DNA of 64,000 nucleotides from a virus. Shown piece by piece: positions 39,834-49,280 of this stretch. Both the position numbers and the translations under genes were made by a program. The notes below the pieces were generated by a model. It was not told the origin of the DNA, did not search any database, and saw only the letters and a program-made list of their open reading frames with translations. Every line of letters begins with the position of its first letter. The first letter of the stretch is position 1. The stretch spans positions 4,531-68,530 of the IMG/VR virus record IMGVR_UViG_3300021364_000015; one strand, 5' to 3'.

Positions 39834-40656
39834 TAAAGTCTAACAGCCGCTCTGAAGTAGTGTCACCGTCATATGCTGGATTCTCTTTTAGCCATTTAAG
39901 GAAAGAGTACCACTTTGACTGCTGCTCAGCACTATCAAAAACAAGAGTGAACTGAATAGCGGCGTTACGTGTCCCTGAACTTTCTGTAACTGTACTACCC
40001 TGTGTGACAATGCTTTCGACAGAAGGAGGTGTTGCAGAAGTAGTCTGCTGACTTGATTCCGGTGCTGGGCTGGGGGCCGGGTCCGTAGACGTAGATGTTA
40101 TGTCGTTGATAACAATTTCAGGAGCAGACCACCCGCCATTAGGATCAACCGCTTGCCCCATAGAGTCGCTGATAATAGTATTTTCGATAGCCGCAACAGA
40201 GAAGTCATCCCATCCTAAAGCGTCAAAGAATGCTTCATCATTCCCGATTACATCTGTAAGCATCTCATACAACAGATCGCTGTCTGTCATGCCTAGTTCT
40301 GAAATCCTATTATCGGCTAAAGCAAAGGCAAGAGCGTCGGTTGTGGACATGTCAACAACCGAAACAGCAATCTGCTGCCACCCTAGCCGCTTTGCTGCCT
40401 CTAACTGGTGGTTGCCCGCAATTACTGTCAGAGCGTTATTCTCATCCGCCACCGCAACAATCGGCTTGACTTGTCCAAACTTGGCATATGAAGCCATAAT
40501 TGCATCGACATCTCCCCGGCGTGCATTGTTCTCCAACGGACGCAACAACTCAATGTCTACTGCTAGGCTTTGAATGTTATCTGTAATGTTGTGAATCATT
40601 TGTCTACATACCCCATAACGGCACACTGCCACCACCAATAGCCAACAACGGGCCAT
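39808..40656 (-). CDS. ParB N-terminal domain protein (likely start 40599)
   Basis: 'NNARRGDV.AI..S...FGQ.KPIV', 'IAGNH.LEAAK.LGW', 'ALADNR'. Confidence 0.85.
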   Translation of the reverse strand: MARCWLLVVAVCRYGVCRQMIHNITDNIQSLAVDIELLRPLENNARRGDVDAIMASYAKFGQVKPIVAVADENNALTVIAGNHQLEAAKRLGWQQIAVSVVDMSTTDALAFALADNRISELGMTDSDLLYEMLTDVIGNDEAFFDALGWDDFSVAAIENTIISDSMGQAVDPNGGWSAPEIVINDITSTSTDPAPSPAPESSQQTTSATPPSVESIVTQGSTVTESSGTRNAAIQFTLVFDSAEQQSKWYSFLKWLKENPAYDGDTTSERLLDFIAQHSPRG

Positions 40657-41207
40657 CTAATATTTGTTCTATCATCATACCAATTCACTCTGTTACCCGG
40701 CAAGCCTCTCTCAATTAGTGGTGAGTAAATACTCACATTAGAAAAGGATGTTTGCATAACCTTTTCTAAACGATCTTCATGGCAATTCCAGTGATGTGCT
40801 GCACCATCCCACCAGTGTGGGGGTTTCTCTTCCAAGAGTGCGGTAATGTCTTGATGCTCCATCGTGGAAGCAACCATCTCCCACGGCTCTTGGTTTTTCG
40901 CCCAACGCTGAATTGTTTTATACACGTCTGGCCCGACAGCAAGAACTGGAGCACCCGGTTTGGCAATACGATGCATGTCCGTAAGGAATGGGCTGACTTC
41001 AGGCCACGAAATGTGTTCTAGCACGTGCCCTAAGTAGATGGCGTCAAACGTATTATTGGACATGGGGTACGGCTCCCCCACTTCAACTACTACATCTGGC
41101 TTCGTTTTTTCGTTGCGCCAAACATCTGTGTTGACCCAGCCTTCAGCATAATGATCACCGCACCCAACATTAAGGTACGACTTTCCGCTCGGAATCATCT
41201 CTTTCAT
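40596..41207 (-). CDS. Class I SAM-dependent methyltransferase
   Basis: 'LNVGCG....GWVNTD', 'FDAIYLGHVLEH', 'RIAKPG'. Confidence 0.85.
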   Translation of the reverse strand: MKEMIPSGKSYLNVGCGDHYAEGWVNTDVWRNEKTKPDVVVEVGEPYPMSNNTFDAIYLGHVLEHISWPEVSPFLTDMHRIAKPGAPVLAVGPDVYKTIQRWAKNQEPWEMVASTMEHQDITALLEEKPPHWWDGAAHHWNCHEDRLEKVMQTSFSNVSIYSPLIERGLPGNRVNWYDDRTNIRWPVVGYWWWQCAVMGYVDK

Positions 41208-41209
41208 TG

Positions 41210-41560
41210 TTAAAACTTTGCTTGCGATCTAACGTTCGCTGCGATTGTACGAAGCGCATCACAAGCCGTGCGTAATGAATGTAACTTTTCACGCTTTGCC
41301 TTAACGAGTGCTTCTGCAACCATCGAATCATAATACAGTTCGCTGGTCTTATACCCAGCCCAACTCTCTTTCTGCTTGACCGCTCCTTCAGCAGCAAGGT
41401 ACTCTTTGAACCACTGCTTCTTATAGGAGGCTTCTTTTTGCGCATGGTCTTTCGCCAAGACCTCAAACGCTTCTGTTTCTTCTTCAATCTCGCTAGTTAA
41501 GCGAATCAACTCACTCTCAACTTCTACCGGAGTGATAGGCTTATTTCGTACAGCATTCAT
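41210..41560 (-). CDS. Hypothetical coiled-coil protein
   Basis: Helical ORF; leaderless TAGAAT-6nt-ATG. Confidence 0.65.
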   Translation of the reverse strand: MNAVRNKPITPVEVESELIRLTSEIEEETEAFEVLAKDHAQKEASYKKQWFKEYLAAEGAVKQKESWAGYKTSELYYDSMVAEALVKAKREKLHSLRTACDALRTIAANVRSQAKF

Positions 41561-41569
41561 AACGCTATT

Positions 41570-41950
41570 CTATCCCACATCGCTTAAAGCGTCAAGAGCG
41601 GCTTGCAACCGGACAACTTCTGTACCCCAGTCAACCTTGACGCCCGGAACACCACGTTCCAGCAACTCGTCTAAAAAGTCTCTTCCTAATTCGGCTTCAA
41701 GCCATCTCGCCCAAACAAGCGGATTCTTTGACTGCGCCCAATGACATGACGCACAGAGCGCAACCGCATTACGCTCGTCAGTCCTAGTGGCAGAGATGCT
41801 GCGAGAAATAATATGCGCACACTGAATCTGCTTACCGTTGCCCTTAGTCGCCCCACACCAACGACAAGTAAAATTATCTCTAGTGCGCACGTATAAACTG
41901 TGAAGTTTGGTAGCCTTCGCTTTAGCGCTTTTACCATAGTCCGCAGGCAT
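41570..41950 (-). CDS. NinG/Rap-like HNH nuclease
   Basis: 'YVRTRD..CRWCG......QCAHIISR....TR.D.RN...LC..CH'. Confidence 0.8.
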   Translation of the reverse strand: MPADYGKSAKAKATKLHSLYVRTRDNFTCRWCGATKGNGKQIQCAHIISRSISATRTDERNAVALCASCHWAQSKNPLVWARWLEAELGRDFLDELLERGVPGVKVDWGTEVVRLQAALDALSDVG

Positions 41951-42849
41951 TACAACGGAATGTTTTGATTGATAGGGAAGTACCAGCCGCCATCATTGTG
42001 CTGAAGTGCGACAGGCATATCAGGACGATGATTGACGCCAGAATAATGAAGGATCGCTGCCTCACGCCAAAGATCAGGATCGTTCGGAACAGTGCCTCTA
42101 TGCATAAGCCGAGCGTGCCAAATAAGGACATCGCCTTTCTTTGCAATAAACTGCTCCTTCTCAAGTTCACCACGGTTAATAATATCCTCAAACATGGGAG
42201 TTAAGAACTCCTCAGAATACCTAGGCCAGTTAGGATCATTTCGTAAACTGACAGGAATTCTCTGCTTTGTGGCTTCCTGCGTGATCGTAGGAAGGGTGTG
42301 ACTGCCTCGCACGAACTCAAAAGGACCAGCATCTTCGTGGATATCATCTAGGGCTACCCATACTGCCAGATAATGATCTTTGTTTGAGTCTGGGTTTAAG
42401 TAGCCGTCTTGGTGCCAGTTACGAGTGGTAGACTTCCAGCCAGTGAGATTCAAGTGGATGCCCATCTGATCTCCAATGAGAGATTCTAATATTTCATGAA
42501 GTGGCTTATACGTTGCTAGTTCCATTAGACTAGGTACTTGGAAGTAAGCGCACTCGCCCGGATAACCCATTGGCCTATCGTGGTTAATACGGTTGTGTTG
42601 AATCCATGCTTCCTTATACGCCTCAATAATGTCGTCGGGCATGAAAGAGTCCAAAATCAGTACACCGTCGTTGCGCCACTTTTGCTGCAAATCATTTAGG
42701 GGTGTATCGCCCGTCTCTTCTCGGTCAAGCCACGGAAGGTCATGATCAGCAAACCCTCCTGACAGTAAACTAATTTGCTCCAGCAGGTCGGGACATTGCT
42801 CAATCGTTGAACCAAAAAGGTTCTGTAGCAGTTCCGTTTTTCCAGTCAT
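41950..42849 (-). CDS. Phytanoyl-CoA dioxygenase (PhyH)-family 2OG-Fe(II) oxygenase
   Basis: WHQD, 'VWVALDDI....GP...VRGSH', 'GDVLIWH..LMHRG'. Confidence 0.9.
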   Translation of the reverse strand: MTGKTELLQNLFGSTIEQCPDLLEQISLLSGGFADHDLPWLDREETGDTPLNDLQQKWRNDGVLILDSFMPDDIIEAYKEAWIQHNRINHDRPMGYPGECAYFQVPSLMELATYKPLHEILESLIGDQMGIHLNLTGWKSTTRNWHQDGYLNPDSNKDHYLAVWVALDDIHEDAGPFEFVRGSHTLPTITQEATKQRIPVSLRNDPNWPRYSEEFLTPMFEDIINRGELEKEQFIAKKGDVLIWHARLMHRGTVPNDPDLWREAAILHYSGVNHRPDMPVALQHNDGGWYFPINQNIPL

Positions 42850-43258
42850 TTCTCACTCGTTTCGCTTCATCAAGGTGCTCATCCGTCTTGCACCAACTTT
42901 CTAAATGCAGGCCAAGTAACTCAGCCTCTTTGGGATTAATCGTTATCCTAGTGTGGCAAAGTCGGCAAACCGCTAGAAGATTATTAAGGTCTAAAATGCT
43001 TCCGCCTTGAGAACGATTAATTAATTCGTGAATATCTACAGAATAGTTTACCCCAACTACACCCGTTTTGCCATCCTTCACTGAAAAGATCACACACGCT
43101 TCACAGAACGGGCGCTGGCCCAATAAGTCAACTACTAGTGCCCTGCGATCCACGTACTTATCTTGCATCTTCTTTGAACGCTTTTTTAAAGGCGTCCGCT
43201 TTAATTGGCTATCTCCACGCTTTAATGGGGTGCGCCGAAGTGGTTTACCTCTTTTCAT
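42800..43258 (-). CDS. HNH endonuclease-like protein
   Basis: CEAC, 'DIHE...RSQGGS....N...VCR.CH..I'. Confidence 0.75.
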   Translation of the reverse strand: MKRGKPLRRTPLKRGDSQLKRTPLKKRSKKMQDKYVDRRALVVDLLGQRPFCEACVIFSVKDGKTGVVGVNYSVDIHELINRSQGGSILDLNNLLAVCRLCHTRITINPKEAELLGLHLESWCKTDEHLDEAKRVRNDWKNGTATEPFWFND

Positions 43259-44360
43259 CCCAAACCCTTTGATGCATATCTTTAATTGTCCTGTAAAGTT
43301 TATCTGCCCCTACTGACACATCAAAGCGCTTTGCTTTTTTCTTGATGTCAGCAGCCACCTTATTCCTGTAGCGCTCATTTTTAAGGTCCTTCAACAACTC
43401 TACGTACTCCGAAGGCTCAGTTGCCATAAACCCAATACCATACTCCGAGGTTAACTCTTCATACTGTGGCGACCAAGAGCAAACAAACGGCACCCCTGCC
43501 GCAGCATATTCCAAGCCCTTAATATAAGACTTTGCATGATTAAAAGGAATGTCAGTCAGCGGAACGATTCCGGCCTGAAACAAAAATCCATCCTGAAGTT
43601 GGTAGGGAGGTAAAAACGGTGAAGTAGATACAATGCCACCGCTAACCCCGATTTGTCTATTGAAATTGGGAAACGTGTGATGATTAATGTGCCCCGTGTG
43701 ATGAAACACACTAAACTCAGAAATTTTGTTAATGTATGGCCGTAAAATTTCAAGGTCTCCGCTTCGATGCGCTGTAGACCCCATCCAGCCGACGACCAAC
43801 TTGCCTGCGGGGGAGTCAGTAAATGGTGGCACATTCGCATACTGCTTAGTATTCACATAATTCGTATGCAAAGCCACACGGTCATTCCACTCAAGCATAC
43901 GATCTCGTAGGAACGGGGTAGACGCAATAACTCCGTCCGAGGCTTTTATAATCTTCTTATACCATTCCGTATTCTCCACTGGGTTCTTAAGAGGATTGGA
44001 AATATGATATGCAGCATTCTTTTCACTAAGGCCCCAATACCAGTCGTCTACGTCTTGAATGATTATTTGACCACGACTCTGTGCTTTTTCCATGTCGGTA
44101 AGCACGTTCTTATGCATGTATCGCTGCATAACAATAACATCACAATCGAAGTGATCGCCAGAATTATCCCATGAATGAATACCAAAAGTTCCGGTAGAAC
44201 TGTTATGAGCCAGAATACCTAACGCAACCTGAATTCCCTTTTTCCGAATAGGTGCAATATACTGCCCTATACGAATGTGCCCTGACCCACCCATAACGGG
44301 CAGACCCGTGCTAGTCAGCATTGAGCGGGACCAATCGTTAGATGCAAAACCAATCTTCAT
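43245..44360 (-). CDS. Glycosyltransferase (GT-B, GT4-like)
   Basis: 'DVDDWYW', 'VGWMGS..H..DL', 'PL....FN..KS..K.LEYAAAGVP'. Confidence 0.88.
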   Translation of the reverse strand: MKIGFASNDWSRSMLTSTGLPVMGGSGHIRIGQYIAPIRKKGIQVALGILAHNSSTGTFGIHSWDNSGDHFDCDVIVMQRYMHKNVLTDMEKAQSRGQIIIQDVDDWYWGLSEKNAAYHISNPLKNPVENTEWYKKIIKASDGVIASTPFLRDRMLEWNDRVALHTNYVNTKQYANVPPFTDSPAGKLVVGWMGSTAHRSGDLEILRPYINKISEFSVFHHTGHINHHTFPNFNRQIGVSGGIVSTSPFLPPYQLQDGFLFQAGIVPLTDIPFNHAKSYIKGLEYAAAGVPFVCSWSPQYEELTSEYGIGFMATEPSEYVELLKDLKNERYRNKVAADIKKKAKRFDVSVGADKLYRTIKDMHQRVWDEKR

Positions 44361-44818
44361 CAGAACTTCCAGACTCCATCAAGGGCAGCGTACAAGTAGT
44401 CGTCGCCCTCGGAATTAACTAAGCCATTATCCTCATGCCAACGTTTGTGCGCAATAATGGCATCACGAAGAAACGTGGCAAGTGACAAAGAGGGATCGGC
44501 GGGTTGCCCAAGTGTAATTAACCTATCTACTTCAGCAAGACGCTTCTCAGCGTAAAACCTAAAGCGCTCTGACTTGGTTTTCTGATCCTCCATACCCGCA
44601 GCAGGATCAATCACGAAATCAGGGTACGACGATCTCAGGGAATTAATGTCTGTTTCTAATTCACTTATCTTTTCAGAAACCGTACTAATGATTTCTAAAA
44701 GACAGTCTTTCCACAATTGAAGATTTTCAGGTAACCGAAGAAAATCTTTGTCTTGCTGAGAAGCGTTGTTCTTGATGTCCTCCGACACTATGATGGCAAA
44801 ATTGTTTACCTGTGACAT
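44360..44818 (-). CDS. Hypothetical protein
   Basis: ORF coupled to both neighbours. Confidence 0.65.
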   Translation of the reverse strand: MSQVNNFAIIVSEDIKNNASQQDKDFLRLPENLQLWKDCLLEIISTVSEKISELETDINSLRSSYPDFVIDPAAGMEDQKTKSERFRFYAEKRLAEVDRLITLGQPADPSLSLATFLRDAIIAHKRWHEDNGLVNSEGDDYLYAALDGVWKF

Positions 44819-44821
44819 GGG

Positions 44822-45610
44822 TTAACGCCCCCCGAACTCCGGGCAAATAGACTGATAGTCACACCAGTTGCAAAGAGGACCCGTCCTAGTTTCAAACTCT
44901 CCCGAGTCACACATGGTCCTTACTTGGTCCCAAGTCTTTCGGACTTCTACACGAACATCGTTTTCAAGTTTCTCATCTACGTCATAGCGTGCAAACTGTC
45001 CAGACTTCACATACAGTAACTCTGCACGTTCAACTTCCATGCCAGTCAACTCTTTAAGGAGAATGCTGTAGATAGTAATCTGCATCTTCTTCTCCCACTC
45101 ATACTGCTTACGAGGCTTCTTACCGGTCTTATAATCAGATATAACTAACTTGCCGTCTTCCACTGTGTAACGGTCGATAATGCCGAAGATCGGTACGCCA
45201 TCAATATCTCCGTCCATCTTGGCTTCAATACCTTCAGCGTCAAAAGAAGTAGGGTCTTCCATCCCGAAATAGTTTTCAATACACCACCACGCCTTCCAAC
45301 GGAACTCGTTCTCTTCGCACTTCTCTTTAAGAGCGTGGAACTCTGCCGACCACTTACTGCTCCACAGGTCTCGTGCTAACTTGCGGGCGGTCGCTTCTGT
45401 ACGCTCTTCACGGGGGTACGTGAACAACTCTTCCAACACCTCATGTACGAACGAACCTAGGTGCTGCGCTTCAGTTGACTCAGTAGGAAGTTTGTCAAGT
45501 TTTGAGAACTTAAACTTTAGAGGACATTGCTGAAACGTGCTAATAGAACTAGGCGACATGTACCTCGGGTAGTCGTATGACAGCGGACCTAAGTCAAGGC
45601 TATCCTGCAT
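44822..45610 (-). CDS. RecB/Cas4-like PD-(D/E)XK exonuclease
   Basis: 'SPSSISTF..CP', 'GIIDR', 'DYKTGK', 'Q..IY', C-terminal CNWC.....C. Confidence 0.9.
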   Translation of the reverse strand: MQDSLDLGPLSYDYPRYMSPSSISTFQQCPLKFKFSKLDKLPTESTEAQHLGSFVHEVLEELFTYPREERTEATARKLARDLWSSKWSAEFHALKEKCEENEFRWKAWWCIENYFGMEDPTSFDAEGIEAKMDGDIDGVPIFGIIDRYTVEDGKLVISDYKTGKKPRKQYEWEKKMQITIYSILLKELTGMEVERAELLYVKSGQFARYDVDEKLENDVRVEVRKTWDQVRTMCDSGEFETRTGPLCNWCDYQSICPEFGGR

Positions 45611-46274
45611 TGGTATCTGATTCTACTGGCGTTTCACTATCAGCCGGAGTCATCGACTTGACAAACTCTAGCATTGACTTAAGTAGATCACGAGTTACAT
45701 TTTCGTTAGCGAACTCTGCTCCGTTAGAAATTTCCGACCAATGGGCACGACACGCATCAATAGTATCCTGCGCCTGATTGTTTAAAACCTCTCGCAGTTT
45801 CTCAAAGTGATCTGCTGAGATAGGCTGGTCTGCTGTATCTTGAGCATATTCTAAGTTCATCGACTCTTCTGAACGGGCGAGGTACAAACCTACGCCAAAA
45901 TGTTGCGCCGCCTTCTTTAGTGCATCAGACACCGCACCCTTCATCTCGTCGCCAAGATCAACGATGTCACCGTTCTTAGTGCGCTTGATCTTCTGCCCAC
46001 CAATACCATCCTTGGTAACTGTTAGCGCAGGTGCATCATTGGTCGGAACAAACGTTGCAGTAAGCCGAACATGGGCAACGACGTAATCGGGGTCCAAAGT
46101 ATCACGGGTACAAGACAAAATCTCGTAAGACCACATGTCCACGCCGAGTACTCTGTTCAACCGAGTAATAACCTCGCTTACTGGAATGTACGTAAGGCTT
46201 GCGCCACCCTTTTTAAGTTGCTTCTCAACAGAAGGATCAAAAGGCTCTGATAGGGCTGTTAACATATTACTCAC
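45600..46274 (-). CDS. Rad52/Rad22-family single-strand annealing protein
   Basis: 'LTYI....V..RLN.VLG...WS', 'KGAVSDALKKAA..FGVGLYL'. Confidence 0.9.
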   Translation of the reverse strand: MSNMLTALSEPFDPSVEKQLKKGGASLTYIPVSEVITRLNRVLGVDMWSYEILSCTRDTLDPDYVVAHVRLTATFVPTNDAPALTVTKDGIGGQKIKRTKNGDIVDLGDEMKGAVSDALKKAAQHFGVGLYLARSEESMNLEYAQDTADQPISADHFEKLREVLNNQAQDTIDACRAHWSEISNGAEFANENVTRDLLKSMLEFVKSMTPADSETPVESDTNAG

Positions 46275-46783
46275 TTATCTCTCCTAATAACTAGACTCTT
46301 TTTTGCTTCTCCAACTTCACAGTAGTCGTCGGCATCCAAATGAAGTTCCTTCAACTTGGTTACCTTCCAATAGGAAATACCTGCATACTGTAATGCCTCA
46401 CGAATCATATCCGTGGGAGTCTTCACGACTTCACCCGTATTCAAATCGACACTACTATCAACAATGCGCTTACTAACATCATCAATAAGTGTCTTATGGT
46501 CCCACGTCTTCCGTGGTGAACCGGACTTAATTTCAACGGTTGCACCATCCACCACTACCGGAAGCGGAAGGTTGTCTAAATAGCCAGTGATCATAGACTG
46601 AAGTTCATTGAAAATCTCAGTCACATGCGACTTCATTAAATGCATGTCACTAGCAAACTGCAACAACTCTCCCTTATCGGTGGAATCAAAATCGTCACCA
46701 AGTTGCAGCATTTGCTTTTCAAGGGAAGCAATTAGGGCTTGTGCTTCGTGTAATGTCGAAGTGGCCTCAGGTAGTTTAGACAT
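46271..46783 (-). CDS. Hypothetical protein (recombination cluster)
   Basis: ORF with RBS, upstream of the annealase gene. Confidence 0.7.
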   Translation of the reverse strand: MSKLPEATSTLHEAQALIASLEKQMLQLGDDFDSTDKGELLQFASDMHLMKSHVTEIFNELQSMITGYLDNLPLPVVVDGATVEIKSGSPRKTWDHKTLIDDVSKRIVDSSVDLNTGEVVKTPTDMIREALQYAGISYWKVTKLKELHLDADDYCEVGEAKKSLVIRRDK

Positions 46784-46845
46784 TCAGTCTCCTTAATAAA
46801 TAGTAGATACTTCTATTTTACAGACTTTTTACAAGCGAGTCAAGG

Positions 46846-47238
46846 TCATTCTTCCGTCTGGTTCAACAGTTGATATAGAGAGTAGTCAATGTTCAACTCT
46901 AGCGGTTCACGCACAGAAGATATTGCTTCTTCCGAAACCATCGTCAGTTTCTCCGAAAACAAACGAATCGCATGTTGCTTCACAGCATCTGTCATTTCTT
47001 CTTCCGACGCATTGTCACCGAGTATTGTTGTTAGGCCATCAACAATGAAGTTGTCTATCTCCCGGTTCAAGTACCTATCAGATACAGCAATAGTTAAATT
47101 ATTAGCAGTCCACGATATCACAGAATAATCTTTACCATCAATACCCGTGTCTGGAGCATTAACGAAAGTAATTTTGATATCACCTCGTTGTAAAACCGCT
47201 AATACGTCAGGGTCAAAGTCATCATACTCGTTCCGCAA
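46846..47238 (-). CDS. Hypothetical protein
   Basis: Overlaps the whiB stop. Confidence 0.55.
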   Translation of the reverse strand: MRNEYDDFDPDVLAVLQRGDIKITFVNAPDTGIDGKDYSVISWTANNLTIAVSDRYLNREIDNFIVDGLTTILGDNASEEEMTDAVKQHAIRLFSEKLTMVSEEAISSVREPLELNIDYSLYQLLNQTEE

Positions 47239-47470
47239 GATCAGAACCTTCCAATAATCTAACTAAGTCAGGCCCAGTGTTTCCTCCCCAAACCCCAACA
47301 GTCACCCCGTTGCGTAAAGCAAACTGTAGGCAGTCTTCCCGATGAGTGCAAATATTATTGCATATGGAAATAGCCATCTTGCGCCTAGACGGTTTAGAAG
47401 AAAAGAACAACCTATCTTCTCCGACGCACGGGGCGTCCTGAAACCAAACGGGTGCGTCTACATTGAACAT
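47222..47470 (-). CDS. whiB: WhiB-family Fe-S transcription factor
   Basis: 'W...APC......FF', 'A..IC...C..RE.C...AL.......GVWGG'. Confidence 0.9.
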   Translation of the reverse strand: MFNVDAPVWFQDAPCVGEDRLFFSSKPSRRKMAISICNNICTHREDCLQFALRNGVTVGVWGGNTGPDLVRLLEGSDLAERV

Positions 47471-47535
47471 TGTAATTTCTCCATGATAAGCGTATTGTAT
47501 ATAAACGCTGTCAAGCGATCAAGTCAAAAGTGGAC

Positions 47536-47564
47536 TTGACAGCCCCCGCCCATCCGAGTACCCT
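47536..47564 (+). promoter_or_regulatory. SigA-type promoter upstream of candidate ncRNA
   Basis: TTGACA-17-TACCCT. Confidence 0.6.
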
Positions 47565-47570
47565 ATGAGC

Positions 47571-47996
47571 AAACTACAAGAGGAGCAAACTACCACAAGA
47601 CTGAATCCGGGGAATCCCGATGACATAAACGTTCACTGAAGGACCGGTGGGTTACACTCGTTACGCAACTGGTACTTACACGACAAAGAGGGCACGCCTG
47701 CCCAAAGAGGAACGATTTGGATCACACGATACACTGGACACACATCCTTGACGGGATGCCAGTCACTGCACGTAGAGCATCAAGCCTTGAGGAACAGGTT
47801 CGGAACAGGCAACAGCCCATGCGGTTCCGGCACACGGGCAACTAGAGCCATATCTAGGGAGAGTGGGCATCGCTGAAAAAATAGGCGGTGTTTGGGGTCC
47901 ATGAAGTGAACAGCCTTGAATAAACCAATTGGGTTCGTCCCAGCCTCTCGTGCGTTAGCGTCAACTACCACACGAAAGGGTAGGTGTGCTATGTCA
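47571..47996 (+). ncRNA. Candidate large structured non-coding RNA (family not recognised)
   Basis: No credible ORF; long-range pairings TGACATA/TATGTCA, GTTCACT/AGTGAAC, GGACC/GGTCC enclosing several hairpins. Confidence 0.55.
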
Positions 47997-48016
47997 AAAA
48001 CAGGTAAAATAACGGC

Positions 48017-48550
48017 ATGTACGAAAACATTAAACTGGAATGGAACGCCCACAATCTACAGCCCCTAAAAGGAAAGCCCGTCATGGAAGTCCTGCTTCGG
48101 GGGATAGAATTCTTAGATGAGTACTGGCTATCAGCCGGAACACTGCTTGGGCTAGAGCGGGACAACGGATTCATCCCGCACGACACCGACTTAGACCTTG
48201 CTGTACTAGGCTATTGGGACAGAGCACGGTTACCCGACGACGAGTTCTTTGCTGGAAGAGTAGTAAGCGACGGGGATAGGCCCATGCAAGCGGCTTACGT
48301 TCACAAAGAAACCCACATCATATTCGACGTTCTACACTGGTGGCCTCACCCCACGAACGATGAACTTCTAATCAACATAAAAGAAGATGGTCATTTGATC
48401 AGACCAAAACACCTAGTCTCGCCACTATCGACAAAAACTTATCTAGGTCACGACTTTAGCGTTCCCAACAATATTGATGGTTACCTCACCGACTGGTACG
48501 ACACATGGCGTATTCCGCAACCGGGAGGTAAAACAACGTGGCTAAAGTAG
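48017..48550 (+). CDS. LicD-family nucleotidyl/phosphotransferase
   Basis: 'YWLSAGTLLG..R..GFIPHDTDLDL', 'VPNN...YL...Y..W..P'. Confidence 0.88.
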   Translation: MYENIKLEWNAHNLQPLKGKPVMEVLLRGIEFLDEYWLSAGTLLGLERDNGFIPHDTDLDLAVLGYWDRARLPDDEFFAGRVVSDGDRPMQAAYVHKETHIIFDVLHWWPHPTNDELLINIKEDGHLIRPKHLVSPLSTKTYLGHDFSVPNNIDGYLTDWYDTWRIPQPGGKTTWLK

Positions 48551-48957
48551 CGCTGACTGCGGCAATCATGGACTTGTGCCACGAGGGCCACATAAACCTT
48601 TTGCAGAACATGCGAGCAAGCGCCGATGTGGTAGTTGTGGTCTTGCACTCTGATGAGTCCTGCTGGCGCATTAAAGGAAAAATACCTATCCAATCGCTTG
48701 AGCAGAGAATTAACAATCTAAAGATAACAGGATTGGTAGATGAGGTACTAGTTACACACACGGACGACCCCGGAGTAACGTTTAAGAAGGCGCACAGTCA
48801 TTACCCTAATCACGACTTCATATTCATAAGAGGGAATGACAATTACGAATTTCCGGGGAAGGCTACTATTATCGACTTAGATATGCCGATCAAGTACACT
48901 GCGTACACAGAAGGTGTCAGCAGTACCCAAATAAGGAACGACCTACTGTGCGATTAA
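48538..48957 (+). CDS. Cytidylyltransferase (TagD/GCT-like)
   Basis: 'DLCHEGHINLL', 'K..PI..LEQR', 'YTEGVSSTQIR'. Confidence 0.88.
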   Translation: MAKVALTAAIMDLCHEGHINLLQNMRASADVVVVVLHSDESCWRIKGKIPIQSLEQRINNLKITGLVDEVLVTHTDDPGVTFKKAHSHYPNHDFIFIRGNDNYEFPGKATIIDLDMPIKYTAYTEGVSSTQIRNDLLCD

Positions 48958-49280
48958 TATGGCTTCTCGCCGCACACCATTTTGCAGACGTGGCACTCCA
49001 ACCCGACTGGCTGATAAAACTTAAATCAAAAAGACTGTTCGCAATCTTTGAACATGTTATGGTCTACACGGGAGTTATATGTGCGACAATATACTGGCTA
49101 GGGGGAACTGTCACCCCTTGGTTGTTTGCGTATTTTGCTGTGGGGCACTGGCTTACAGATGCATTCTTTTATCAGTATCTGCCTTGGAAAACCGGAAAAC
49201 CCAAACCGTACTGGCACGTGTACCCAGACCAAGCCTTACACTACTTGCAGATAGTTATTTACCTTACACTAATCGCTTAA
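48948..49280 (+). CDS. DUF3307-like membrane protein
   Basis: 'LAAHHFAD..LQ', 'H...D', 'DQALH'. Confidence 0.75.
   Translation: MRLIWLLAAHHFADVALQPDWLIKLKSKRLFAIFEHVMVYTGVICATIYWLGGTVTPWLFAYFAVGHWLTDAFFYQYLPWKTGKPKPYWHVYPDQALHYLQIVIYLTLIA

Noticed and set aside
47571-47996. tmRNA, RNase P RNA or group I/II intron identity for the structured region
   Set aside because: No tRNA-like acceptor/T arm with CCA, no GAGGAAAGTCC P4 motif, no group II domain V, and no interrupted gene on the flanks.
47780-48052. 90-aa minus-strand ORF over the RNA candidate
   Set aside because: No evident RBS or promoter, overlaps licD antisense, no recognisable motif.
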